Shown here: piece after piece, positions 55,488-64,000 of the stretch
How the letters are laid out: every line of letters begins with the position of its first letter
Position numbering within the stretch: the first letter of the stretch is position 1
Virus record (IMG/VR): IMGVR_UViG_3300045988_125874
Source: a virus
Reading direction: 5' to 3' (one strand)
DNA: 64,000 nucleotides
Made by a program: the position numbers and the translations under genes
The notes under the pieces: generated by a model
What the model was told of the DNA's origin: nothing
Database searches by the model: none
Seen by the model: the letters and a program-made list of their open reading frames with translations, nothing else

Positions 55488-56284
55488 AATACCCTAGCAA
55501 GTTTAAAATCAAGCAACATCAATAACTCATTGAATTTCTCTTCATACCAAAGCGGCTGTGTTTCTTTGGGATTATTAGGGTTGACTTGGTTCTCACCATA
55601 CGACAGACCGGATTCGGTTATGGATTTGAAATACTTATCTCTACCTTTTGATGACTTCCTTTTCATATCACATAAGATACCTTTCTGAATCGCTCTTTGA
55701 TTAAACGCCTGTGCGCTGATAGACAAACCCGCTTCTTTGAGCAATTCAGTAGCGGATTTAAGTATCCCATGTGACGGAGTATAATCAGGTGTCGGAAGTC
55801 CAAGAGGTGCAGCTACTTTACTAATTAAAGACAATTTAGAAGAATCATTTAGATTAAGCACTTCACTTACGCCTTTTACCCATTCAAGACCAACACGGAC
55901 TTTAGTTGTTAGTGATGGTTCACGTTTAGTACTTTTCTTTTCTTCTACAATTTTTTGAGTGGCAAATTCTTCACAATTGATGAAATACTTTCTTGCTTGC
56001 TTCCCACGTACGTTATTCTCAATCATGGAAAGTTCTTTCGCCATGCTGATTGAGAGAGCGTATTCTATTGAGGGACGCCCTCCTTTGGAGTTTTCGCCAA
56101 AATTGTTGAAAACCTGATAGTCTTGATTCTCAATAAAATCATACTTATCAATGCGGTCTTTAATCCAATTAGAAAAATCTCTCTTACTTTCAAGAAACGC
56201 ATGTAAATCACGTGCGTTAACGGCTCTTTGACCGTTATTTTCTCTGATAGGAATAAGTTCTCCCATATTATAAAATTCTGCCAT
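55484..56284 (-). CDS. AntA/AntB-type phage antirepressor
   Basis: RAVNARDLHAFLESKRDFSNWIKDRIDKYDFIENQDYQVF...GGRPSIEYALSISMAKELSMIENNVRGKQARKYFINCEE. Confidence 0.8.
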   Translation of the reverse strand: MAEFYNMGELIPIRENNGQRAVNARDLHAFLESKRDFSNWIKDRIDKYDFIENQDYQVFNNFGENSKGGRPSIEYALSISMAKELSMIENNVRGKQARKYFINCEEFATQKIVEEKKSTKREPSLTTKVRVGLEWVKGVSEVLNLNDSSKLSLISKVAAPLGLPTPDYTPSHGILKSATELLKEAGLSISAQAFNQRAIQKGILCDMKRKSSKGRDKYFKSITESGLSYGENQVNPNNPKETQPLWYEEKFNELLMLLDFKLARVL

Positions 56285-56421
56285 AATTATAACTTATTTA
56301 TTCTTTATAGTAAATTCGTAGTAGATAGCTTATCACATAGAGAGGAACAAATAACACTCATCGTTCCTCTCTTTTAAACTAGTCTTCAATTATCGCCCAA
56401 TCTGGCAAATATTCTTCACTG

Positions 56422-57033
56422 TTAATCATCTCCATTTGTGTCCGATTTATTGTTAGGGATTACTTTTGTTTTACCGCCAGTTTTATCAACAATAACCGGT
56501 TTGCCACCTACAGTGGTTTCGGTACATTGCCCTTCAGGGAACTTATTAATAAAGCGAACAACTTCTTTATCTTCTGTTGCATTACTTTCTTCTTTGGCTT
56601 CATAAGGGAATACATCTACAATCGAAGTTTCAGCGACCATACCGATCTGATAATCTGCCATTGTCCCCTTCATGCCTTCATCTAACTTTTTGACTGCGTC
56701 GCGCAAGTCGGCAGCTTGTACCAATACTTGAGTGGAAGTCTTTTTTTCAGCACCGCTTTTTTCATCCAGAGTGATGAAAATAAGTTTGCATTTGAACCAA
56801 CGGTCGGCACTTTCTTCGTCGCTGGGGAAAAGTTCGCTATAGTTAGCGCGTTTGATGTCGGAAACGGTAAATTCTCCTGTTATAAATGGAGTCATTTCTT
56901 CGATGATGCGTGCCTCTGCTTCTGTAAAACTAAGTGCATCTACCAAATAAGGTTCCGTCACTTTCTTCTGCATTCCGTTTTCCATTACTTTTTCATAACG
57001 GATTTTACATTCAAACCATGTATGCATTGCCAT
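56422..57033 (-). CDS. DUF4494-like protein
   Basis: HTWFECKIRYEKVMENGMQKKVTEPYLVDALSFTEAEARIIEEMTPFITGEFTVSDIKRANYSELF. Confidence 0.5.
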   Translation of the reverse strand: MAMHTWFECKIRYEKVMENGMQKKVTEPYLVDALSFTEAEARIIEEMTPFITGEFTVSDIKRANYSELFPSDEESADRWFKCKLIFITLDEKSGAEKKTSTQVLVQAADLRDAVKKLDEGMKGTMADYQIGMVAETSIVDVFPYEAKEESNATEDKEVVRFINKFPEGQCTETTVGGKPVIVDKTGGKTKVIPNNKSDTNGDD

Positions 57034-57035
57034 AA

Positions 57036-57386
57036 TTAATCCTCCTTTAAATTTTTGATACTATCTTCAAGCATTTCATTTAAGCATGTTCCACCATTGT
57101 AGAATTGCATAATGTAGCTGTACGTCCCGTCATTGTTAGGAGTAAGGATTGAAATGTCCTGTGTATCCTCTTCTTCCTTGTCCTCAATGACTTCCCAAAG
57201 AACATCGTTGACCTCAATCACAATAGCTGGATAGGGATCATTTAACAATGCTTCTTTATAAGTCTTATAATATGCCCCTAACTCTATTTTAAGAGTCTTG
57301 CATTTCTGTTCACACCACCCTTCGACAGTATAATTATTCAAATCGACTTTCTTAATTTTGCCAATATGTCTTTCCATTTCACTCAT
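57036..57386 (-). CDS. Hypothetical protein (116 aa)
   Basis: ORF track. Confidence 0.55.
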   Translation of the reverse strand: MSEMERHIGKIKKVDLNNYTVEGWCEQKCKTLKIELGAYYKTYKEALLNDPYPAIVIEVNDVLWEVIEDKEEEDTQDISILTPNNDGTYSYIMQFYNGGTCLNEMLEDSIKNLKED

Positions 57387-57413
57387 AATTAACTTTCTTT
57401 TTTTACAATTTTA

Positions 57414-57623
57414 CTAATCAAATTCTTTTTCCCGTTTTTTACGTCTACGATAAAAATCTAATATTGCGTCATCTCTGTCATTGAACATCCTTTTCGAGAT
57501 CTTAACAATGATCCAAATGGATATAGCGAGTACAGCAATAAATAATATTCCACCAACAACCATATAGATACGTACTAAGTCTGTTAGTCCAGATTGGTTT
57601 AAATAATCAATTAGATCTTTCAT
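57414..57623 (-). CDS. Small membrane protein (69 aa, one TM helix)
   Basis: VRIYMVVGGILFIAVLAISIWIIV hydrophobic segment. Confidence 0.5.
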   Translation of the reverse strand: MKDLIDYLNQSGLTDLVRIYMVVGGILFIAVLAISIWIIVKISKRMFNDRDDAILDFYRRRKKREKEFD

Positions 57624-57741
57624 TTCTATTTTTCTTTTTTCATGATGATTAAGCTAAAGGATGAACTCTTTACCAAAGGATTTCTCCAGTATCGTTTTTA
57701 GTTCATCGGAACCATTTTTGTACAGCTCCATGTCTTTTTTT

Positions 57742-57915
57742 TCACTGATTTGTAATATCCTCATTTTTTATTTTCTTTTTAAGTTTTTTACTCGTTTTCC
57801 TACATTGGCGAGCCTTATCTTGCTCACATGGTTTCTTGCAATATTTATCAATTAATTCAGCACTCTTATCAAGGAGCCGAATAAGATTTTGTATATCTGT
57901 TTTGCATACTTCCAT
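57742..57915 (-). CDS. Small basic protein (57 aa from the internal ATG), or the C-terminal part of a frameshifted gene
   Basis: The second half of the 112-aa track ORF reads as plausible protein (MEVCKTDIQNLIRLLDKSAELIDKYCKK...). It overlaps 57869-58186 in another frame. Confidence 0.35.
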   Translation of the reverse strand: MEVCKTDIQNLIRLLDKSAELIDKYCKKPCEQDKARQCRKTSKKLKKKIKNEDITNQ

Positions 57916-58186
57916 TGCTTTTAAGTATATGTTTGAGAATCCAAGAGAAACCACCATATAGCCATCTATTCTGTTTACACAATAATAACCTATCACCTTT
58001 GGGATAGAATATAACCCACCCAAATCCTTTCTTAGAAACAATGAATTCGAATCCAAAATCATTTCGTTGAATAACGTCATATCCTAAAGATTTGATAGCG
58101 GGAAGGATTGTGTTTACAAATTGACTATAACGTTCTTCTCTTCGCTGTTTTACAAATTGTCCGTATTCTTTTCCTGTTTCACTCAT
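57869..58186 (-). CDS. Hypothetical protein (105 aa)
   Basis: ORF track; ATGA overlap with the upstream gene. Confidence 0.5.
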   Translation of the reverse strand: MSETGKEYGQFVKQRREERYSQFVNTILPAIKSLGYDVIQRNDFGFEFIVSKKGFGWVIFYPKGDRLLLCKQNRWLYGGFSWILKHILKSNGSMQNRYTKSYSAP

Positions 58187-59100
58187 GGCAAATCTATTTT
58201 ATCAAAATCAATACCTTTTTCATTCATAAAATCACCAAGAGCAATGATGTTCTCACGGGTAGTAGTAACTTTGAACGCTCTCGTCAATAATTCAGGTTGT
58301 TGTGTCCTGGATTGACTAAAAGGTACTTGTTCGTCAGCTTTTTGATTTGCCATCGCAAACGGATTGACCGGACGTGTTTTGGCTTGTTCTGCTTCAACAG
58401 CTTTACGAGCTTCTTCCGCTTGTTGCTTTTCTTGTTCCGCTCTAATCTTAGCTTCTTCTGCTGCCTTAGCCCGTTCGCGTTGTTCTTTCAGGCGGTTTGC
58501 GTATTGAATAGTAGAAGCGATATTAAGCGTGTCCATATAATAAGTGCGGAGAACATCATAGTCTTCGACAAAACCTTTCAGCGTAGATAGCTCGTTTTCA
58601 ACCTTAGCAAATATGGCATCAATATCCGAACAAACAGACTTCATGCTTGCAGTCTTGTTCAGCCATTCCGGTTTAAACACCTTGTTGAAGTCCACGAGAT
58701 TGGTGTTCATGCCATCAAAATAGGTTTTAATGTTTGCTTTCTTCTTTTCCTTATATTGCTGCTCGTTCTGTTTGACTACAGTATCAATCTTAGCGGAGCA
58801 TTCACCAATGAGCTTCACCGTTTCGTTTACTACCTCCTTGAATTCTCCAAAAGGTTTCATAAACTCCTTCTCTATTTCAAGGCGTTTGGAGTTGAGAGCT
58901 TTTGCAGCTTTGTTGAGAGAGGCTTTATCTCTCTTTGCCTGATCGATATTGTCATCCGTGTAGTTGGATATATCATACTTCGGCAAATTCGCCATTACAA
59001 TATCTCTGATTTGCTTTGCGTTGGTAGTAAGACTACCTAGCGTCTTTTCACTTACGACCAGTTCTAGGTCGCTTTCTTGAATTGCTAATTGTGTATCCAT
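58183..59100 (-). CDS. DUF1351-like protein (recombination-module accessory)
   Basis: Sequence pattern LGSLTTNAKQIRDIVMANLPKYDISNYTDDNIDQAKRDKASLNKAAKALNSKRLEIEKEF; located near RecT. Confidence 0.5.
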   Translation of the reverse strand: MDTQLAIQESDLELVVSEKTLGSLTTNAKQIRDIVMANLPKYDISNYTDDNIDQAKRDKASLNKAAKALNSKRLEIEKEFMKPFGEFKEVVNETVKLIGECSAKIDTVVKQNEQQYKEKKKANIKTYFDGMNTNLVDFNKVFKPEWLNKTASMKSVCSDIDAIFAKVENELSTLKGFVEDYDVLRTYYMDTLNIASTIQYANRLKEQRERAKAAEEAKIRAEQEKQQAEEARKAVEAEQAKTRPVNPFAMANQKADEQVPFSQSRTQQPELLTRAFKVTTTRENIIALGDFMNEKGIDFDKIDLP

Positions 59101-59104
59101 TGCT

Positions 59105-59563
59105 CTATTTTTTATTTAGTTTATCAACAATACGTTCTATTACCTCTGCATTATCTACCGAAAGCCATTCTTTAGCGACATTCCAAGCTATACTTTTAGA
59201 TGCTTTGAAATTGTCAATGCGTGTAGAATGATGCGACAAACGTCCTTCGGTAGGCTTCAATCCTTTGTCGTGAAGTTCGCATAAGCCATTGTGAAAGAAC
59301 GAACAATAATCATCGCCCGATGCAATTTGGATCATAGGAATTGGAATATCAATAACTCCCATTATCATTCCGGCTCCCCAAAGAGTGGGGAGTAACCGGT
59401 CGGAATAACCTGAATCTATTAATTTCTCAATATCCTGCGGAGTTCCTAAACATGGAGTATGACATTGCATTTTACATAATGAACATTTACATTCACATGG
59501 TTTTCTACCTGTCTTTCGTATAATACGTTGGAGTTGAGTCTCTTTTATTAATAGGTCACCCAT
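59105..59563 (-). CDS. Hypothetical Cys-rich protein (152 aa)
   Basis: CECKCSLCKMQCHTPC cluster. Confidence 0.55.
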   Translation of the reverse strand: MGDLLIKETQLQRIIRKTGRKPCECKCSLCKMQCHTPCLGTPQDIEKLIDSGYSDRLLPTLWGAGMIMGVIDIPIPMIQIASGDDYCSFFHNGLCELHDKGLKPTEGRLSHHSTRIDNFKASKSIAWNVAKEWLSVDNAEVIERIVDKLNKK

Positions 59564-60234
59564 TATTCTATATCAGCTATTTGGTTAATAATATCGTCTG
59601 CCATACGAATGCGTTTCTCCATTTCAGCGAAGACTTTTTCATCAGGTAATATGTGTACAATATGAATAGGATCTATTTGAAAAGGATTATAAACGACAAA
59701 ATCAGTTCTTTGTGCTCCAGTGCACATCATGTGAGCACAGCATTGGTAGAAGTATTTAGGATTCATTTCTAACAATGAGTCATTGTCATGAACATCAGAT
59801 TTGTATCTCATAAATTTGCTCTGGTCAAGGCATTTGATTTCCAAACATAATTTGATTTGGCTATCTTCATCATAAAAGAAACCATCAGGACTACTCGCGA
59901 AATTAGGAATAGTAGGATGTTTGCATGAACCGACTTCTATAATATGCAAGCCAGTTTTTTTAGCATAAAGATTACGCGCATATTCCTCTTGCTCATTACC
60001 CCACTGCATTGCTTTGGAGTTTACATTTACTTGTTGCAAGTATATCCCGAATGTATAATCATCATTTATAATATCGGGATCCATAAATCTTTCACCTGCA
60101 ATTTGATAAATATAAGTTTTGGCGGCATCTGAAAAGCGGTCATTACGACCACTCTTCATTAATACTCCGCATTCACTTCCTGTGATACAGCCTAATCGTT
60201 TTCTGTACCATTCAATTGTATGTTGGGCTTCCAT
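59563..60234 (-). CDS. YqaJ-type (lambda Exo-like) recombination exonuclease
   Basis: HTIEWYRKRLGCITGSECGVLM N-terminal motif; adjacent to RecT. Confidence 0.75.
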   Translation of the reverse strand: MEAQHTIEWYRKRLGCITGSECGVLMKSGRNDRFSDAAKTYIYQIAGERFMDPDIINDDYTFGIYLQQVNVNSKAMQWGNEQEEYARNLYAKKTGLHIIEVGSCKHPTIPNFASSPDGFFYDEDSQIKLCLEIKCLDQSKFMRYKSDVHDNDSLLEMNPKYFYQCCAHMMCTGAQRTDFVVYNPFQIDPIHIVHILPDEKVFAEMEKRIRMADDIINQIADIE

Positions 60235-61001
60235 TATAATAATGTTTTTTGAACCGGTTTGTCATTCGTGTTATTTTGAGGTTGATTTACAGGTTGATCT
60301 GGTTTAGGTTGTTCTTCTACTCCTGCATTTTTAAGAGCAATTTCGGCAAGTTTATTAGCTTTAGATTCTTTATCTGTGACATCCTCATATTCGGCAAACT
60401 TAACTTCTTGCTCTTCCTGTGTGTACATTGCGCCCAGTTGAGCTGGGAAAGCTTCGCGTAATGCCTGAACTTTGGCAATCTTGGAAATCATGGTGGATTT
60501 TTTTTCATTCCATATAGATTGCTTTTTGTCGTATTCGGAAAGGTTGACTTTTGCTACAATCGGAAATTTTCGGTCAGACCGGTAAACTTCGCACCATCCT
60601 CCTACAAGTACATCTGTTTTTTCATTATAGAAACAGCCTTCTACTTCTACAATCTGATTGTCTCTGATAATAATGATACCCGCCTTGAAGCCCTCGTATT
60701 GTTCACTGGCATCAGCACGTTTGAAAAATGCTTCTTTGCTGACAATCATCTGTGCTGGTTGTTGTCCGAACTTAACTAGAAATGCTTCGTTTAAGAATGG
60801 ATTAAGCTGGTTGAATTTACAAATACTAATGAACTGAACAATATCTTGATCGGATACCTGTCCGTTGCCTTTAGTCAAATAGTTACGTACAATATCAAAT
60901 GATAATGCCACGTCGTTACCCGCAACTTGATAAATGGTTTTGCCTTTACCAAATATTGCCAATGCATCATTTTCCTGTTTTGTTAATTTGTTTTCTTCCA
61001 T
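60234..61001 (-). CDS. recT: RecT/Bet-family single-strand annealing protein
   Basis: NQLNPFLNEAFLVKFGQQPAQMIVSKEAFFKRA...WNEKKSTMISKIAKVQALREAFPAQLGAMY. Confidence 0.75.
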   Translation of the reverse strand: MEENKLTKQENDALAIFGKGKTIYQVAGNDVALSFDIVRNYLTKGNGQVSDQDIVQFISICKFNQLNPFLNEAFLVKFGQQPAQMIVSKEAFFKRADASEQYEGFKAGIIIIRDNQIVEVEGCFYNEKTDVLVGGWCEVYRSDRKFPIVAKVNLSEYDKKQSIWNEKKSTMISKIAKVQALREAFPAQLGAMYTQEEQEVKFAEYEDVTDKESKANKLAEIALKNAGVEEQPKPDQPVNQPQNNTNDKPVQKTLL

Positions 61002-61020
61002 TGCTCAAATATTTTAAAGT

Positions 61021-61281
61021 TTAACAATATCTCGCCAGCCCTTGCATTAGGCAAAGGCTAGTTCTCTCTTCTTCTAAGCTTTTTTCTGTATATCCTGATG
61101 AAATACCAGAAGCGTGCAATTTTAATCTCTTGTTGATTTCTTTTTTGACATCGGATATGTCTTCCTTGATAAGCTGGATTATTTCTGCTTTCGGTGAATA
61201 TCCATATTCAGGAAGATATTCAAGGTTGCTAGATTCCACCTTTTTTAACTCGGATTCTAATTGCTGTAATTCATCATTCAT
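61021..61281 (-). CDS. Hypothetical protein (86 aa)
   Basis: ORF track, trimmed to the ATG at 61281 (MNDELQQ). Confidence 0.5.
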   Translation of the reverse strand: MNDELQQLESELKKVESSNLEYLPEYGYSPKAEIIQLIKEDISDVKKEINKRLKLHASGISSGYTEKSLEEERTSLCLMQGLARYC

Positions 61282-61453
61282 GGAATTCTGATTTGAAAGT
61301 TTCATACGTGATACCGATAGCGTCAAGTATTTCTCTTAATCTTCTGTTTTCTTTTTCCTTGTTTTCAAGAAGACATTGTTCATACATAATTTTATATGTA
61401 AGTGAAGCTAGGTCTTCATGACTCATTGCTAGTAATTCTTCTTTTGTTTTCAT
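61274..61453 (-). CDS. Small ORF (59 aa, MKTKEELLAMSHEDLASLTYKIMYEQ...)
   Basis: Manual translation; AGAGCAATG start context; ATGAATGA overlap with the next gene. Confidence 0.45.
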   Translation of the reverse strand: MKTKEELLAMSHEDLASLTYKIMYEQCLLENKEKENRRLREILDAIGITYETFKSEFHE

Positions 61454-61469
61454 TGCTCTTATGTACGCT

Positions 61470-61667
61470 TTATATGTACTTTACTTTTAGTTTTACATCT
61501 ATCGGTTTGTCTTTCATAGAAGAGAAAGCATTGAGTATTTTGTCTTTCGTTAATCTGATCGGAGTGTCTATAATTCTCTTATCTATAATTGTAAGAGGAA
61601 GCTTTCTTCCACTATATGTTATCAGGATAATTTCTTGAATTATATACGGAGATTTACTCATCTTCAT
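61470..61667 (-). CDS. Hypothetical protein (65 aa)
   Basis: ORF track, trimmed to the ATG at 61667. Confidence 0.45.
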   Translation of the reverse strand: MKMSKSPYIIQEIILITYSGRKLPLTIIDKRIIDTPIRLTKDKILNAFSSMKDKPIDVKLKVKYI

Positions 61668-61821
61668 GCTCGAATCTTTTATTGTGTTTTTCAATATACA
61701 CCGAGAGATATCCGAAAATCCCAAATGAAATCCAAAACGAAATCTTATATGGATTTTCCACCAGTATTACCATCGCTATAAATGATAGAACCCAAAGTGT
61801 TAAAACTACATCTTTTTTCAT
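61660..61821 (-). CDS. Small membrane protein (53 aa, two hydrophobic segments)
   Basis: Manual translation: MKKDVVLTLWVLSFIAMVILVENPYKISFWISFGIFGYLSVYIEKHN... Confidence 0.4.
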
Positions 61822-61936
61822 AACTGATTGATTATCTTTTAATTACGATGTAAAACTACTTTATTTTTTACTTTAAAGCAAATATTTGACTTGTAAAACA
61901 TTTGTCTTTAACTTGATATAACTGTTTGATTATCAG

Positions 61937-62143
61937 TTATTTTAATGTTGCATTTTTTATTACATCATAGGCATTGCAATACCACCTACCATTTTGTCGG
62001 TTAGGAGGTATTTTTTCAGCACGAATATCGCCAGAGCCTACCAGTCGGAATAATCTACCTCTTCCACCGACTATATCGGCTGCTTCCCGTTGCCCGAAGG
62101 TTTTGTCATTTAGTACAATTTTCAAAACTTCCTCGTTAATCAT
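61937..62143 (-). CDS. Hypothetical small DNA-binding-like protein (68 aa)
   Basis: ORF track. Confidence 0.45.
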   Translation of the reverse strand: MINEEVLKIVLNDKTFGQREAADIVGGRGRLFRLVGSGDIRAEKIPPNRQNGRWYCNAYDVIKNATLK

Positions 62144-62148
62144 ATTAT

Positions 62149-62703
62149 CTAATCTTTAAAAAGGTTGTTCTTGTGCGCGTATTGAATAAATTCTGATTTC
62201 TCATGAATACCTAGTTTGATATATACAGACTTGATATGATTCTTTACTGTATGAGGAGAGAGGTAAAGTTTGTCTGCTATCTCTTCGTTATTAGCTCCTT
62301 GGTATACCATTTGCATTACTCTCATTTCTGCATCTGATATATGGCTGTAAAATTGGGGGCAGCATATAATACCTTCGTACTTACATTCTCCACGCATAGG
62401 GCATTTTACGCGTTCGAAGTTGAATCCTCCCTTTCTATCAATATCTCGACTGGTGTTATCTAATTCTCCAAAATTGCATTTACAAAAACGCCTTACCATG
62501 AGATATTGAAAATATGGAATATTCTGTGCGCTTTTTTGGTAACATTCCATCAGCGCCTTATATGCATCTGGGTAACATTCGCGTATACGATCCAATATAC
62601 TTTTTATTAGTCCTATGTCTTTATCGGTCACAGGTTGGTTGCTTCCATCAGGGAATAGACACCAAAGTTCATCTTCAAATATGTAGAACTCTAAATCTTT
62701 CAT
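62149..62703 (-). CDS. LuxR/GerE-type HTH transcriptional regulator with a Cys-containing N-terminal domain
   Basis: C-terminus EMRVMQMVYQGANNEEIADKLYLSPHTVKNHIKSVYIKLGI. Confidence 0.75.
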   Translation of the reverse strand: MKDLEFYIFEDELWCLFPDGSNQPVTDKDIGLIKSILDRIRECYPDAYKALMECYQKSAQNIPYFQYLMVRRFCKCNFGELDNTSRDIDRKGGFNFERVKCPMRGECKYEGIICCPQFYSHISDAEMRVMQMVYQGANNEEIADKLYLSPHTVKNHIKSVYIKLGIHEKSEFIQYAHKNNLFKD

Positions 62704-62717
62704 TGCTCAATAGTTTT

Positions 62718-62972
62718 TTATTCAGACCATAAATTGTTACGTGGAATTCCTGTTATTTCAGATAGTATCGAGATATGTTCTGGATTATTAGGTTTCATAC
62801 CGTATATAACCCAATTTCTTGCAGCAGTAAATGATACTCCTGTTCTTTTAGTGATCTCATTGATGAACTCTGTTTTGGGGTGAGTTGAGTCTGGTAAGCT
62901 CTTATAATAGCCTTTTAGGGTCATTCTTTGACCTTCATTTGGCAAAATGCTTGTTTTTAATTCATCTTTCAT
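62718..62972 (-). CDS. Cro-like small HTH protein
   Basis: Divergent from the CI-like gene. The ATG at 62972 lies downstream of the -7 box at 63003-63012. FINEITKRTGVSFTAARNWVIYG. Confidence 0.55.
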   Translation of the reverse strand: MKDELKTSILPNEGQRMTLKGYYKSLPDSTHPKTEFINEITKRTGVSFTAARNWVIYGMKPNNPEHISILSEITGIPRNNLWSE

Positions 62973-63002
62973 TATCTTTGCAGTGTTATATATTAATGTT
63001 GT

Positions 63003-63050
63003 TGCAAATATAATCATTTAATGATATAAACTACTATTAAATAGTTTATA
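63003..63050. promoter_or_regulatory. Divergent switch region: -7 box (TATATTTGCA, minus strand) and palindromic operator TATAAACTA-N8-TAGTTTATA
   Basis: tgcaaatata at 63003-63012; inverted repeat at 63025-63033 / 63042-63050, between the two HTH genes. Confidence 0.6.
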
Positions 63051-63068
63051 TTAACATTTATTACATCC

Positions 63069-63590
63069 ATGAATCGTATAAAGGAGCTTAGAATGAAGTT
63101 GAGCTATACTCAACTTCAGATGGCGGAAATACTGGGAATAAAGCAAAATGCTTATTCTAGTATAGAAACGGGTAAAGTATCATTAACTGATAGAAATCGG
63201 ACTGTTTTAGAATCTAAATTTCACTTGACTCCAGGGTGGTTGCAGGGGGATGATGTATCTATGTTTATAAAAGGGGATACTGTTGCCGGAATAATAGGTG
63301 GGGGAATGTCGAGGAGTAACAGGGAGAGATTGAAAGAACAGATTTTAGAAGAGCTTGTGGATCAAAGGATAGAATCGCAAAATGATTCGGTTTCTATGAG
63401 TCGCGAGGTATTTGAGCAAATTTCGAGGTTGACAGAAACTGTTTTGTCACAACAAAGGACGATTGAATCCATGCAGGAGCAAAATAGAAAATTTCTTGCC
63501 CTGCAGGGGATGGATGTAAGATGTGCTCATGTAAGTGGGTCGGATATTTCAACAAACGACATAAAGAACCAAAATATAAATAAGGAATGA
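63069..63590 (+). CDS. CI-like XRE-family repressor
   Basis: LSYTQLQMAEILGIKQNAYSSIETGKVSLTDRN HTH; divergent from the Cro-like gene. Confidence 0.7.
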   Translation: MNRIKELRMKLSYTQLQMAEILGIKQNAYSSIETGKVSLTDRNRTVLESKFHLTPGWLQGDDVSMFIKGDTVAGIIGGGMSRSNRERLKEQILEELVDQRIESQNDSVSMSREVFEQISRLTETVLSQQRTIESMQEQNRKFLALQGMDVRCAHVSGSDISTNDIKNQNINKE

Positions 63591-63865
63591 AAATATCGGA
63601 AGAAGGGGTGGCCATAAGCAAACGTTTTTTTGCAGCACTGGCAATGCTAAAGGAGCAAAAAAAAATTAGAGGATTGCAAACTTTTACGAGAAATCACGAT
63701 ATAAATCGTTGGAATATAAATCAGGTTAAATTTTATCCAGATAGAAGTGTTTTAAAGCCAGAATGGATTGCTTATATACATGATGATTACGGTATTTCTG
63801 TTACTTGGATAGTGTTGGGAAAGGAACCTGTATTTGATCCGAAATGGAAAGGGGGAGGCAAATAA
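63587..63865 (+). CDS. Hypothetical protein (92 aa)
   Basis: ORF track; ATGA overlap with the repressor gene. Confidence 0.5.
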   Translation: MKISEEGVAISKRFFAALAMLKEQKKIRGLQTFTRNHDINRWNINQVKFYPDRSVLKPEWIAYIHDDYGISVTWIVLGKEPVFDPKWKGGGK

Positions 63866-63951
63866 AAAGTGCAAAAACTTATCTCCGATGATAAATAGAC
63901 GTTTAGTAATCAAATAATAATCAGTGTTTTAACCTATATTTTGGAGAAACA

Positions 63952-63993
63952 TTCGTAACGCGTAGGTCGCCAGTTCAAGTCTGGCTAGCGGCT
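63952..63993 (+). tRNA. 3' fragment of a tRNA (anticodon loop TTCGTAA would give CGU, Thr) without a 5' half: candidate att core
   Basis: TTCGTAA-CGCGT-AGGTC-GCCAG-TTCAAGT-CTGGC-TAGCGGC-T. The upstream sequence does not complete an anticodon stem, D-arm or acceptor. Confidence 0.55.
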
Positions 63994-64000
63994 CTCAAAT

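Larger units (their letters stand above)
1..63951. mobile_element. Temperate siphovirus-type phage/prophage segment (structural, packaging, early/replication, recombination and lysogeny-switch modules)
   Basis: Contiguous phage gene order (TerS-TerL-portal-MuF-scaffold-capsid-connectors-tail-TMP-fiber). HTH switch sits at the right end, followed by a tRNA 3' fragment. No integrase is seen in the window. Confidence 0.85.

Noticed and set aside
1-64000. Integrase, excisionase or lysis cassette within the window.
   Set aside because: No ORF shows tyrosine or serine recombinase, holin or endolysin motifs. These functions probably lie outside the window, beyond the tail fiber or beyond the tRNA fragment.

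Overview
The window is almost entirely one temperate siphovirus-type phage or prophage. The host is probably Bacteroidota. This is an inference from many TAnnTTTG-type -7 promoter boxes, no Shine-Dalgarno use and AT-rich coding; no database search was possible. Nearly all genes are on the minus strand. Reading from right to left: a candidate att (a 3' fragment of a tRNA-Thr-like gene at 63952-63993); a divergent HTH lysogeny switch plus a LuxR-type regulator; a RecT/YqaJ/DUF1351 recombination module; an AntA antirepressor and a VRR-NUC nuclease; a plus-strand accessory island (XRE regulator, secreted protein, T5orf172 protein, DUF4065/Panacea antitoxin with a MazF-like toxin); a replication initiator with in-gene iterons plus a DnaC-like loader; a Dam methylase; about 45 small early genes that include a segmental duplication; an array of four aberrant tRNA-like genes; an amidoligase / PLP-enzyme / Cys-cluster-GNAT cassette; an HNH homing endonuclease; ParB, TerS and TerL; five small genes; the portal; a four-gene accessory island (DUF2829/Tad2-like, ParB-like nuclease); a MuF head protein fused to a RelA/SpoT-like domain, followed by an HD hydrolase; scaffold, capsid, connectors and major tail; a plus-strand two-gene moron; the tape measure; a Dit-like gene. 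The last gene is a tail fiber of at least 1716 aa with collagen-like tracts (1-5148, minus strand). It is missing from the supplied ORF track because it runs off the left edge. Most worth following up are the enzyme cassette with the oversize tRNA-like genes (28.3-32.9 kb), the MuF-RelA/SpoT + HD hydrolase module, the accessory islands, and a set of recurrent regulatory DNA motifs. All functional calls come from motif recognition by eye. No HMM or BLAST search could be run.
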